DNA of 64,000 bases from an uncultured Desulfobulbia bacterium (GTDB lineage: Bacteria; Desulfobacterota; Desulfobulbia; Desulfobulbales; SURF-16): assembly GCA_964653055.1 (NCBI GenBank), contig CAZZCA010000007.1:11361-75360 (forward strand), in the 5' to 3' direction. The notes below the pieces were generated by a model. It ran no database searches. It was given only the letters and a program-made list of their open reading frames with translations, and was not told the origin of the DNA. This document shows positions 54,300 through 63,175 of this stretch, piece after piece (the stretch's first letter is position 1; each line of letters begins with the position of its first letter). The position numbers and the translations under genes are program-made.

Positions 54300-56519
54300 A
54301 TGAGTGCAACCATGAAAATAGCATTAGCCGGTAATCCTAACTCCGGGAAAACCACCCTGTTTAATACTCTCACCGGGGCCCGCCAGCATGTGGGCAATTA
54401 TCCCGGGGTAACAGTTGAGAAGAAAGAGGGTGTTTATCAGATGGAGGATCGGCAGGTAAATATTGTCGATCTCCCTGGCACCTATTCTCTCACTGCCTAT
54501 TCAGTTGAGGAGATTGTTGCCCGGGATTACCTGGTGGATGAGCGACCCCAGGTTATTATTAATATCGTTGATGCGGCTAATCTTGAGCGCAATCTTTATC
54601 TAACCACCCAGTTTTTTGAATTGGGCATTCCGGTGGTTATTGCCCTGAATATGATTGATGTTGCCCGGGACCGGGGGATTGAGATCAAGGCATCCCGCCT
54701 GGCTAAATTAATGGGGGTGTCGGTGGTGCCTATTATTGCCCGCAGTGGTTACGGGGTCCAGAATCTGATGGACGAGGCGGTTCGTCAGGCCGCCCGTGCC
54801 AGGGAATGGCACCCCAAAGCTATTTCTTATGGTGATGATCTTGATTCTGCCATGCTGGAGATCCAGGAAAAGATTGATCAGGCAGGTTTTCTTGCCGATA
54901 CCTATCCGGTCCGCTGGGTTGCCATCAAATACCTGGAATCTGATGAGCAGATTCTGACTAAAGGCGCCCTGGAAAATAAGACACTGTCCCTTGAGCTGGA
55001 AGAGAAGGTTGCCGAGGTTAGCCGCCATATTGAGCAGACCATGGAGACCTATCCCGAGGCTATGGTGGCAGATCACCGTTACGGCTATATCAAGTCCATT
55101 CTTAAAGACGGGGTTGTTGTCCGTAAATATGACCAGAACCGGCTCTATACCTCGGACAAGATCGATAAGATTGTTACCAACAGGTTCATGGGGCCGTTGA
55201 TCATGGCTGCTGTCCTTTTTGGCCTTTATTATTTTACTTTTACCTATAGTGAGTATCCGGTGGGGCTGCTGGAGGGAATGTTTGAGGCCATGGGCGCTTT
55301 TGTTGATCGCACTTTGCCTGACGGCACCCTTAAATCCCTGATCACGGCCGGGGTTATTGACGGGGTGGGTGGGGTTCTTGGTTTTGTTCCCCTTATCATG
55401 TTTATGTTTTTCGGTATCGCCATTCTGGAGGATTCCGGTTACCTGGCCCGTGTTGCCTTTATGCTGGACCGGGTATTTCGGATCTTTGGTCTTAACGGCA
55501 GCTCGGTGATGAGTTATATCGTTTCCGGTGGGATTGCAGGTGGTTGTGCGGTTCCCGGGGTAATGGCCACCCGCACCCTGCGCTCCCCCAAAGAGCGGAT
55601 GGCAACTCTGCTTACTGCCCCTTTTATGAATTGCGGAGCTAAATTGCCGGTACTGGCTCTATTGATTGCCGCCTTTTTCTCCGAGAATCAGGCCCGTTAT
55701 ATGTTTATCTTCACCGTCCTGGCCTGGACCGTGGCCTTGCTGGTGGCTAAGCTTTTTCGCAGTACCATTCTCAAGGGGGACATGACTCCCTTTGTTCTTG
55801 AGCTTCCTCCCTACCGAATGCCCACCCTTAATGGATTATTGATCCATACCTGGGAGCGGACCTGGCAGTATATCAAAAAGGCCGGTACCGTAATTTTAGG
55901 GATCTCTATTCTTCTCTGGGCCCTGATGACCTATCCTGGTCTGCCTGATGATGTAACAAAAGATCTCGAGCAGCAGCGCCAGGAGATTACCGCCTCTTTT
56001 GAGCCGGCAGTGGCGGCTGAGGTGGCAGGGCTTGATGATGAAGGTGAGCTTAGTGATGCTGGTGCTGATCTTCAGCAGCAATTACTGGCAGTTGACCAGG
56101 CTGAGGCTCAGCAGACCCTGCGAAATTCTGCGGCCGGGCGCATTGGTATTGCCATGGAACCAGTAAGCAGGCTTGCTGGTTTTGACTGGCGGTCCAATAT
56201 CGCTCTTCTTGGTGGGATTGCGGCCAAGGAGGTGGTGGTATCAACCCTGGGAACTGCCTATTCCTTAGGAGAGGTTGATGTTGAGGAAAGTGGCTCTCTG
56301 GCGGATACCCTGGCTGGAGATCCCAATTGGAATCCGGTGGTGGCTCTAAGCTTTCTTCTTTTCATCTCCTATTATGCTCCCTGTTTTGTAACTGTGGTCT
56401 GTATTGCCCGTGAGGCTGGCAGTTGGAAATGGGGTGCCTTTTCCATGATATTTAATACCGTCTTCGCCTTTGGCCTGTCGGTGATTGTCTATCAGGTGGG
56501 AATCAGGATATTTGGTTGA
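54300..56519 (+). CDS. feoB: Ferrous iron transporter FeoB
   Basis: G-domain 'IALAGNPNSGKTTLFN', 'VDLPGTYSL', 'ALNMID'; C-terminal gate-domain permease. Confidence 0.95.
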   Translation: MSATMKIALAGNPNSGKTTLFNTLTGARQHVGNYPGVTVEKKEGVYQMEDRQVNIVDLPGTYSLTAYSVEEIVARDYLVDERPQVIINIVDAANLERNLYLTTQFFELGIPVVIALNMIDVARDRGIEIKASRLAKLMGVSVVPIIARSGYGVQNLMDEAVRQAARAREWHPKAISYGDDLDSAMLEIQEKIDQAGFLADTYPVRWVAIKYLESDEQILTKGALENKTLSLELEEKVAEVSRHIEQTMETYPEAMVADHRYGYIKSILKDGVVVRKYDQNRLYTSDKIDKIVTNRFMGPLIMAAVLFGLYYFTFTYSEYPVGLLEGMFEAMGAFVDRTLPDGTLKSLITAGVIDGVGGVLGFVPLIMFMFFGIAILEDSGYLARVAFMLDRVFRIFGLNGSSVMSYIVSGGIAGGCAVPGVMATRTLRSPKERMATLLTAPFMNCGAKLPVLALLIAAFFSENQARYMFIFTVLAWTVALLVAKLFRSTILKGDMTPFVLELPPYRMPTLNGLLIHTWERTWQYIKKAGTVILGISILLWALMTYPGLPDDVTKDLEQQRQEITASFEPAVAAEVAGLDDEGELSDAGADLQQQLLAVDQAEAQQTLRNSAAGRIGIAMEPVSRLAGFDWRSNIALLGGIAAKEVVVSTLGTAYSLGEVDVEESGSLADTLAGDPNWNPVVALSFLLFISYYAPCFVTVVCIAREAGSWKWGAFSMIFNTVFAFGLSVIVYQVGIRIFG

Positions 56520-56555
56520 TCAGTAATTGTACTTGAAGTGATCAGGCTGTCGGCA

Positions 56556-58634
56556 TTAATTGCCGGCCGCCTTTTGTTTTTGGAGAAAGGCCCCGAGGTC
56601 AGCCACCGGCATTGGTCGGGCAAGGAAATAGCCCTGGCCGGCATTGCATCCCTCCTTGAGCAGAAACTGGTATTGTTCCTCGGTTTCAATGCCTTCGGCA
56701 ATGATTTGCAGCTCAAGGTTCCGGGCCATGGCAATCAGGGCCTTGATGATTTGCCCGCTTTGGGCATTGGTGGGGCAGTCCCGGACAATGGAGCTGTTGA
56801 TCTTCACTGCGTCAACAGCAAATAATCTGGTCCAGTTAATGGAGGCAAAGCCGGTGCCGAAATTATTAAGAACAACGGCAATGCCCATTTTTTTCAGGGC
56901 TTCAAGTTTGCCAGCAGTCTGGGGTCTTCCCTCTTCCAGAAGGTCGCTGTTGATCTCTACCCCCAGAGCGGCCATGGGCAGACTGGAATCGGCCATTACC
57001 TCGGACAGGGCGGTTTCGCATATCGGTTCCCGAAATTGACGGTTGGAGCAGTTGATACTGAGGGACAGCTCTTGGCAGCCCGGCAATTTGTCATTCTGCC
57101 ATTGGCCAAGTTGGCTGGCCGCCTGGTTGATAACCCATTCCCCCACCGGAATAATCAGGCCTGATTTTTCGGCGTAGGTCAAAAAATCATTGGGCAGGAG
57201 CAGACCACGCTGTGGATGATTCCAGCGCAGAAGTGCCTCTATACCCATGACCTCGTTATTAGTGAAATTAATTATCGGCTGATAATGGAGCTCGAATTCA
57301 TTCTGGTCAATGGCTCGTCGCAGTTCATTTTCCATCTGGATCTGCTGTTTGATCTCCTGGTCAAGGGATCTGGTATAAAAGGCAAAGGCATTGCGACCGC
57401 TGTCTTTGGCCCGGTACATGGCGGTATCGGCATTTTTCATCAGGGTCTGGGCATCACTGGCATCAGAGGGGCAGAAGGTGAGGCCGATGCTGCCGGAGAC
57501 AAAGACCTCATGGCCGTTGGCTACATGGAAGGAGTTAGCCAGGGTGCGGAGGATCTGGCGGGTGAGGGGGATGACATCATCCTGTTCCCTGATATTGGTG
57601 AGAATGACGGTGAACTCATCGCCTCCCAGCCGGGCGATGGTATCTGTTTTACGCAGACAGTTCTCCAGTCTTCTGGCTACCTCCACCAACAATTCATCTC
57701 CGGCCTGATGGCCCAGACTGTCGTTGACATTCTTGAAATTGTCAAGATCAATGAACATCAGGCAGAGCAGGCTACCGGTCCGGTTGCTCTGGTTGATTGC
57801 CTGGTCCAGGCGCTCCATGAACAGGGAGCGGTTGGGCAGGTCGGTTAACACGTCAAAATTGGCAAGTTGCCAGATCTGATTTTCAGATTCCTTGCGCTCA
57901 GTGATGTCGCGAACGGTGCTGTTAATGGCCTTTACCCGGCCGTCGGAGCCATGGTGGAGGTTGATGGTCCAGAGCATGTCGTGGATCCCGCCCTTGATAT
58001 TGAGGATCCGGTTCTCCAGGGTCAGGTTCTGCTGCTCGCCCCTGAGCAATGCCTGAAAGATTTCCTCGGTGGCAGAGCGATCATCCGGGTGAATGAAATC
58101 AAGGATGGAATGGCCGACACAGTCATCCGGCTCGATGCCCAGGATATTGCGGGCAGCATGGTTGACAAAGGTGCAGAGCCCTTCCGGGTTGATCTGCAGG
58201 ACCAGATTATTGGTACCTTCAATGAATTGGCGATATTTCTCTTCAGATTCCTTGATTCGGGCGGCCAGTACCTGTTTTTCCAGGGACCTGGTAAGCCGGA
58301 GCTTCAGGTCGTCGGCAGAACATGGCTTACTGATGAAATCGTCGGCACCTATGCGCAGGGCAGAGGTGGTGGCGTTGACATTGGCAAAACCGGTGAGGAT
58401 GATAACCACGGTTTTAGGGCTGAGTTTTTTGATCTTTTCCAGGACCTCAATCCCGTCCATGTCGTCCATGACCAGGTCCGTGATCACGGCATCAAACTCT
58501 TCCTGCCTGAACAGGGCAAGGCCCTCCCAGCCACCGGTAGCGGTGGTTACGTCATAGCCGGCGTCGGACAGATCCCTGTTTACGCTCTGGCGGATGATCT
58601 CTTCATCATCTATAACAAGGACAGTGGTGGGCAT
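56556..58634 (-). CDS. Response-regulator receiver / PAS / GGDEF / EAL c-di-GMP turnover protein
   Basis: REC 'VLVIDDEE...DAVITDLVMDDMDG', PAS, I-site 'RKTD' five residues before 'GGDEF', EAL domain 'GIEALLRWNHP'. The ATG immediately follows the ettA TAA. Confidence 0.9.
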   Translation of the reverse strand: MPTTVLVIDDEEIIRQSVNRDLSDAGYDVTTATGGWEGLALFRQEEFDAVITDLVMDDMDGIEVLEKIKKLSPKTVVIILTGFANVNATTSALRIGADDFISKPCSADDLKLRLTRSLEKQVLAARIKESEEKYRQFIEGTNNLVLQINPEGLCTFVNHAARNILGIEPDDCVGHSILDFIHPDDRSATEEIFQALLRGEQQNLTLENRILNIKGGIHDMLWTINLHHGSDGRVKAINSTVRDITERKESENQIWQLANFDVLTDLPNRSLFMERLDQAINQSNRTGSLLCLMFIDLDNFKNVNDSLGHQAGDELLVEVARRLENCLRKTDTIARLGGDEFTVILTNIREQDDVIPLTRQILRTLANSFHVANGHEVFVSGSIGLTFCPSDASDAQTLMKNADTAMYRAKDSGRNAFAFYTRSLDQEIKQQIQMENELRRAIDQNEFELHYQPIINFTNNEVMGIEALLRWNHPQRGLLLPNDFLTYAEKSGLIIPVGEWVINQAASQLGQWQNDKLPGCQELSLSINCSNRQFREPICETALSEVMADSSLPMAALGVEINSDLLEEGRPQTAGKLEALKKMGIAVVLNNFGTGFASINWTRLFAVDAVKINSSIVRDCPTNAQSGQIIKALIAMARNLELQIIAEGIETEEQYQFLLKEGCNAGQGYFLARPMPVADLGAFLQKQKAAGN

Positions 58635-60320
58635 TTAGTCACGGGTAAGGTGCCGGTATTTGAGGCGATGGGGCTGATCGGCTTCAGCACCCAACCGTTT
58701 TTTGCGGTCTGCCTCATATTCTGAATAATTGCCATTGAAAAAATTAACCTGGGAATCACCTTCAAAGGCCAGAATATGGGTGGCCAGTCGGTCGAGAAAC
58801 CAGCGGTCATGGCTGATAACCACAGCACAGCCGCCGAAATGTTCCAGGGCCTCTTCCAGGGCCCGCAGGGTGTTGATATCAAGGTCATTGGTGGGCTCGT
58901 CAAGGAGGATGATATTGGCCCCTTCCTTGAGAATCCGGGCCAGATGAACCCGGTTGCGCTGGCCGCCGGAGAGTAGACCGACTTTTTTCTGCTGATCACT
59001 GCCGGAAAAATTAAAGCGGGCCACATAGGCCCTGGAGTTGACCTCCCGGCTGCCCAGCATGATATTATCCTGGCCTTCGGAAATAATCTCCCAGATGGTT
59101 TTATCAGGGTCAAGATCGTCCCTGCTCTGGTCAACATAGGCCAGTTTGACGGTTTCACCCAGACGGATGGTACCGGAATCAGGCTGTTCCTGACCGCAGA
59201 TCATTTTAAAGAGAGTGGATTTGCCGGCGCCGTTGGGTCCGATTACTCCAATGATCCCGCCAGGTGGCAGGCTGAAGGTCATCTGATCCACCAGAATTTT
59301 GTCGCCGTAGGATTTATTGACATTGGCGGCCTCAATGGCCACATTGCCCAGGCGTGGTCCCGGTGGGATATAGATCTCCAGATCCCGGGCCTTGGCGTCG
59401 TTTTCCTGGGCCAGCAGGTCTTCATATGATTTGATCCGGGCCTTGGACTTGGAGCGACGGCCTTTGGGGCTCATCTTGATCCATTCCAGCTCCCGGGCCA
59501 GAGTTTTCTGCCGCTTTCCTTCCTCTTTTTCCTCCTGGGCCAGGCGTTTACCTTTCTGCTCCAGCCAGGAGGAATAATTGCCCTTCCATGGAATACCACG
59601 GCCCCGGTCAAGTTCCAGGATCCAGCCAGCCACATTATCAAGAAAATAACGATCATGGGTAATGGCGATAATGGTTCCTTCATAACGCTGAAGATGGTGT
59701 TCGAGCCAGGCTACGGTTTCGGCGTCAAGGTGATTGGTGGGCTCATCGAGAAGGAGGATGTCCGGTTTCTGCAGGAGCAGGCGGCATAAGGCCACCCGTC
59801 GTTTTTCACCGCCGGAGAGGATGTCTACTGCTGAATCGCCATCAGGACAGCGCAGGGCGTCCATGGCCATTTCCAGCCTGGCATCCAGGTCCCAGGCGTC
59901 CAGGGCGTCAAGTTTTTCCTGAACCTCACCCTGGCGGTTGATCAACTCGTCCATTTCATTGTCAGACATGGGTTCGGCGAATTTCAAATTGATCTCGTTA
60001 AATTCAGCCACCAGGTCAACTGTTTCCTGGACTCCTTCCTCCACGATCTGGCGGACGGTCTTTTCTGGGTCAAGTTTCGGTTCCTGGGGCAGGAGGCCCA
60101 CGGTGAGACCCGGGCTGATGGAAGTTTCACCGTGGAAGTCGGTGTCTTGACCGGCCAGAATCCGCAGCAGGGTGGATTTGCCGGAGCCGTTGAGGCCAAG
60201 AACCCCTATTTTGGCCCCGTAGAAATAAGAAAGATTGATGTCTTTCAGGACAGGTTTCTGGTCGTAGAATTTGCTTACTCCCATCATGGAGTAGATGATT
60301 TTATCAGGTTCGTTACTCAT
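58635..60320 (-). CDS. ettA: ABC-F ATPase EttA (energy-dependent translational throttle)
   Basis: 561 aa; two ABC cassettes 'GLNGSGKSTLLRILAG' / 'GPNGAGKSTLFKMI', signatures 'LSGGEKRRVAL' / 'LSGGQRNRVHL', no TM domain; N-terminus 'IIYSMMGVSKFYDQKPVLKDINLSYFYGAKIGVLG' is typical of EttA. Confidence 0.9.
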   Translation of the reverse strand: MSNEPDKIIYSMMGVSKFYDQKPVLKDINLSYFYGAKIGVLGLNGSGKSTLLRILAGQDTDFHGETSISPGLTVGLLPQEPKLDPEKTVRQIVEEGVQETVDLVAEFNEINLKFAEPMSDNEMDELINRQGEVQEKLDALDAWDLDARLEMAMDALRCPDGDSAVDILSGGEKRRVALCRLLLQKPDILLLDEPTNHLDAETVAWLEHHLQRYEGTIIAITHDRYFLDNVAGWILELDRGRGIPWKGNYSSWLEQKGKRLAQEEKEEGKRQKTLARELEWIKMSPKGRRSKSKARIKSYEDLLAQENDAKARDLEIYIPPGPRLGNVAIEAANVNKSYGDKILVDQMTFSLPPGGIIGVIGPNGAGKSTLFKMICGQEQPDSGTIRLGETVKLAYVDQSRDDLDPDKTIWEIISEGQDNIMLGSREVNSRAYVARFNFSGSDQQKKVGLLSGGQRNRVHLARILKEGANIILLDEPTNDLDINTLRALEEALEHFGGCAVVISHDRWFLDRLATHILAFEGDSQVNFFNGNYSEYEADRKKRLGAEADQPHRLKYRHLTRD

Positions 60321-60480
60321 TCTTTTATGGTCTCGATGTCTTTATTTTGTTGGCAAATTACCTATTATTTTCGATTTGATGCTCAAATATAAGAAAAATC
60401 ACGGTTCCAGTCCATGAAAAAGCGCTTTTCCTTTTCCGTTGCCGGAAACAGTCGGGTAAAGTATATTATTTTTTTCTTGA

Positions 60481-60496
60481 AGCCATGATCATGGCT
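60481..60496. repeat. Perfect 16-bp palindrome AGCCATGATCATGGCT in the ettA / purH-like divergent intergenic region
   Basis: Read directly; its reverse complement is identical. 88 nt upstream of the purH-like ATG, 161 nt upstream of the ettA ATG. Confidence 0.9.
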
Positions 60497-60583
60497 GACA
60501 AAGCTGAAAAAGAAAATTAGTTTATAATTTATTGTATTCCGATCGTTATTTATGGTCGGAGGGATTGAAAAGAGAGGAGACTT

Positions 60584-61879
60584 ATGGCTGCTGAAAATCT
60601 GAAGAAAATGTATACCAATATTCTCGGTGATCATTTCCCCATGGAGATGACAGTTGGTTTTGGTGACCAGACCCTGGTTTATCGGAAAAGGACCTGGAAT
60701 ATTGCCATGGATGATGGAACTGCCGAGGAGCGGGGAATCAGGTACGGCGAGAACCCTGACCAGGAAGCAGCTCTCTATGAGCTGGTGAATGGTAATCTGG
60801 TTCTGGGTGACTGTAAATTCATCGAGCCTGGTAACGGTCTGGTGGGTGCTATTACTGTTGATGATATGCTCCAGGTTGGTAAACATCCGGGCAAGATTAA
60901 TCTTACTGATGTTGATAATGGCTTGAACATTCTTAAATATCTGGTTGATCGGCCGGCTGCGGTTATCCTCAAGCATAATAATCCCTGTGGTGCTGCCTGT
61001 GGATCATCCCTGGCTGATGCCTATAATAAGGCCAACAGGGCTGATCGGATTGCGGCCTTTGGCGGGGCGGTGATCATGAGCCAGGCGGTTGATCGGGAAA
61101 CAGCAGAGCTCCTCAGCCAGAATTACCTGGAGGTTGTCTGTGCCCCTGAATTTGAAGAGGGTACCATGGATATTCTCAAAGCCCGGAAGAACCTGCGGGT
61201 TATCAAGATGGCCCGGATCGATCGGCTGGCTGATTTTGAGAATTATCGTTTTGTCGATTTCAAGAGCCTGATTGACGGCAGTATCATTGCCCAGCAGTCT
61301 GCGGTTAACTCTATTCGCAAGCAGAGTGACCTGAAAGATGCGGTTACCACCTATAAGGGTGAAGAGTTCAGTTGCCAGCGTCAGCCCACTGAGCAGGAGA
61401 TTGATGACATGCTCTTTGGCTGGGCAGTGGAGCATGGGGTAACTTCCAATTCGGTTATCTTTGTGAAAGACGGCTGCACCGTGGGTGTGGGTACCGGCGA
61501 GCAGGATCGGGTGGGGGTGGCTGAGATCGCTGTTCATAAGGCCTATACCAAATATGCCGATATCCTTTGTTTTGACAAATTCGGTATTCCTTATGCTGAC
61601 ATGGCTCTGGAGATCAGCCAGGGTAAACGTGATCAGGCTGACAAGGACGCCATTGATGCCCAGACCCAGGAAGATCGGGCCGGCCTGCCCGGGTCGGTAA
61701 TGATTTCTGATGCCTTCTTCCCTTTCCGGGACGGTGCAGATGTGGGGATCAACCAGGGTGCCACTGCCATTCTCCAGGCCGGTGGTTCTGCCCGTGATTT
61801 TGAAACAATTACCGCCTGTAATGAGGCAGACCCCCAAGTGGCGATGAAGTATACCGGTCAGCGCTCCTTTAAACATTAA
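60584..61879 (+). CDS. purH: AICAR formyltransferase-domain protein (PurH C-terminal-domain type, no MGS/IMP-cyclohydrolase domain)
   Basis: 'RYGENPDQEAA', 'AVILKHNNPCGAA', 'DRIAAFGGAVIM', 'VICAPEF-like VVCAPEFEEG', 'SNSVIFVKDG.TVGVGTGEQDRV', 'SDAFFPFRDG'. Confidence 0.85.
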   Translation: MAAENLKKMYTNILGDHFPMEMTVGFGDQTLVYRKRTWNIAMDDGTAEERGIRYGENPDQEAALYELVNGNLVLGDCKFIEPGNGLVGAITVDDMLQVGKHPGKINLTDVDNGLNILKYLVDRPAAVILKHNNPCGAACGSSLADAYNKANRADRIAAFGGAVIMSQAVDRETAELLSQNYLEVVCAPEFEEGTMDILKARKNLRVIKMARIDRLADFENYRFVDFKSLIDGSIIAQQSAVNSIRKQSDLKDAVTTYKGEEFSCQRQPTEQEIDDMLFGWAVEHGVTSNSVIFVKDGCTVGVGTGEQDRVGVAEIAVHKAYTKYADILCFDKFGIPYADMALEISQGKRDQADKDAIDAQTQEDRAGLPGSVMISDAFFPFRDGADVGINQGATAILQAGGSARDFETITACNEADPQVAMKYTGQRSFKH

Positions 61880-61893
61880 GCAGAGGAATTCTG

Positions 61894-62316
61894 ATGACTA
61901 TTAATGTAAATAGCAAGGTGAGTATTGAATATTCACTGACCCTGGGAGATGACGAGGTTATTGATTCTAATAAGGGCGGTGAGCCCTTGGCTTTTGTTCA
62001 GGGATCCGGCCAGATTATCCCCGGTCTTGACAAGGAGCTGCTGGGTCTTGTGGCTGGTGACAGCAAACAGGTAACGGTCAGCCCGGAGGAAGGCTATGGG
62101 GTTGTGGTTCCTGAGGCTGTTATTGAGGTTAATAAGGATCAGCTACCGCCAGAGGCATTGGAGGCCGGGGCCCAGGTTCAGGGCCAGGGTCAGGGCGGTG
62201 AGCCTCTTTACGGTAGGGTGATGGAGATTAAAGAAGAGACCGCGGTGGTTGACTTTAATCATCCCCTGGCGGGTAAGACTCTTCACTTTGATGTTAAGGT
62301 TCTGTCAGTAGAATAA
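61894..62316 (+). CDS. slyD: FKBP-type peptidyl-prolyl isomerase (SlyD/FkpB-like)
   Basis: 'VSIEYSLTL.DDEVIDS', 'LAFVQGSGQIIPGLDKELLGL', 'DFNHPLAGKTLHFDVKVLSV'. Confidence 0.85.
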   Translation: MTINVNSKVSIEYSLTLGDDEVIDSNKGGEPLAFVQGSGQIIPGLDKELLGLVAGDSKQVTVSPEEGYGVVVPEAVIEVNKDQLPPEALEAGAQVQGQGQGGEPLYGRVMEIKEETAVVDFNHPLAGKTLHFDVKVLSVE

Positions 62317-62362
62317 ACTTTTTAATATAGATAAAGAGTTTTGGTATGGTGATGAACTGATC

Positions 62363-62394
62363 AAACCCCCTGTCCTGCGGCAGGGGGTTTTTTT
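62363..62394. terminator. Intrinsic terminator between convergent slyD-like and rlpA genes
   Basis: 10-bp perfect stem AAACCCCCTG / CAGGGGGTTT, 8-nt loop, T7 tail on the plus strand; A-run on the other side gives weaker minus-strand function. Confidence 0.85.
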
Positions 62395-63175
62395 ATTGGG
62401 CGATGATGAAGGAATCGCTAAAGCCCATGCTGATCAGCTCGTCTTCGACTTTTTCGGCCTTGGCCAGGATATTGCCGGCTTGGACCTGGACCCGGAAAAA
62501 AATATTGTCATCATGCTGGTAATTGCGGACAATGGCCTGAAAACTTTGCTTATTCAACCGGTTTCGCAGGCGAATGGCATTTTCTCTGTTCTGGAAAGAT
62601 CCGATCTGGACATGGAAATTACCTTTGTGGAAATCTTCAAATGGCAGGAATTTCTCGTATCGTTGTTTTTGGCGGACGATGCTGATGGTTTCTCCCATGG
62701 CCTGAATTCTTACCCTGGCCGTTCCATTCTTGACAATTCCCAGTTCTCCTGCCGCTTTTTTGCTCAGGTCAATGATTCTTCCCCGGACAAAAGGGCCGCG
62801 GTCATTTATCCGGACCACGGACTCTTTATTGTTTTCCAGGTTTTTTACCAGGACATATGTGTTCATGGGCAGGGTTTTGTGGGCAGCGGTCTGGGCGTAC
62901 ATATCGTAGGTTTCGCCGTTTGATGTTTTGCGGCCATGGAAATAGGGGCCATACCAGGAGGCGATTCCATTCTGGCTGAAGCCGTGGGCGTCGGGAATGG
63001 GATAATAGGTCCGGTTCTTAATCTTATACGGCCGCTGGGTTGGCGGGATCTTGCCGTTTTTCAGGGCCTGACGGCCTGCTCTTAATTGTTTGCCTGGCCC
63101 CGGGGTCAAGGCTGGGCGGCTGCAACCGGCCAGAAGCATGGCAACAAGGGCAAAAAGGCAAATTATCTTTTTCAT
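62393..63175 (-). CDS. rlpA: Septal ring lytic transglycosylase RlpA (lipoprotein, DPBB + SPOR)
   Basis: Lipobox 'LLAGCS', DPBB 'GIASWYGPYFHGRKTSNGETYD...AAHKTLPMNTYVLVKNL.N..SVVVRINDRGPF', C-terminal SPOR 'FHVQIGSFQNRENA'. Confidence 0.9.
   Translation of the reverse strand: MKKIICLFALVAMLLAGCSRPALTPGPGKQLRAGRQALKNGKIPPTQRPYKIKNRTYYPIPDAHGFSQNGIASWYGPYFHGRKTSNGETYDMYAQTAAHKTLPMNTYVLVKNLENNKESVVRINDRGPFVRGRIIDLSKKAAGELGIVKNGTARVRIQAMGETISIVRQKQRYEKFLPFEDFHKGNFHVQIGSFQNRENAIRLRNRLNKQSFQAIVRNYQHDDNIFFRVQVQAGNILAKAEKVEDELISMGFSDSFIIAQ

Noticed and set aside
60321-60583. ZTP (pfl) riboswitch upstream of the purH-like gene
   Set aside because: No GGGUCGUGACUGGCG / CCGCCUGGGC-like sub-domains are present. 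There is only a small hairpin, CCGA-N13-TCGG, near the SD.
25655-61876. Other very long antisense ORFs: 25655-26653 (argS), 27502-28401 (secA), 34757-35791 (hflK/hflC), 48790-49704 (clpB), 61004-61876 (purH-like), and more
   Set aside because: I checked the arithmetic: each is codon-aligned antisense to a securely identified gene, with offsets of 1746, 750, 1266, 2619 and 1290 nt, all multiples of 3. The explanation is the same avoidance of TTA/CTA/TCA. There is no independent evidence such as SD sequences, motifs or intergenic starts.
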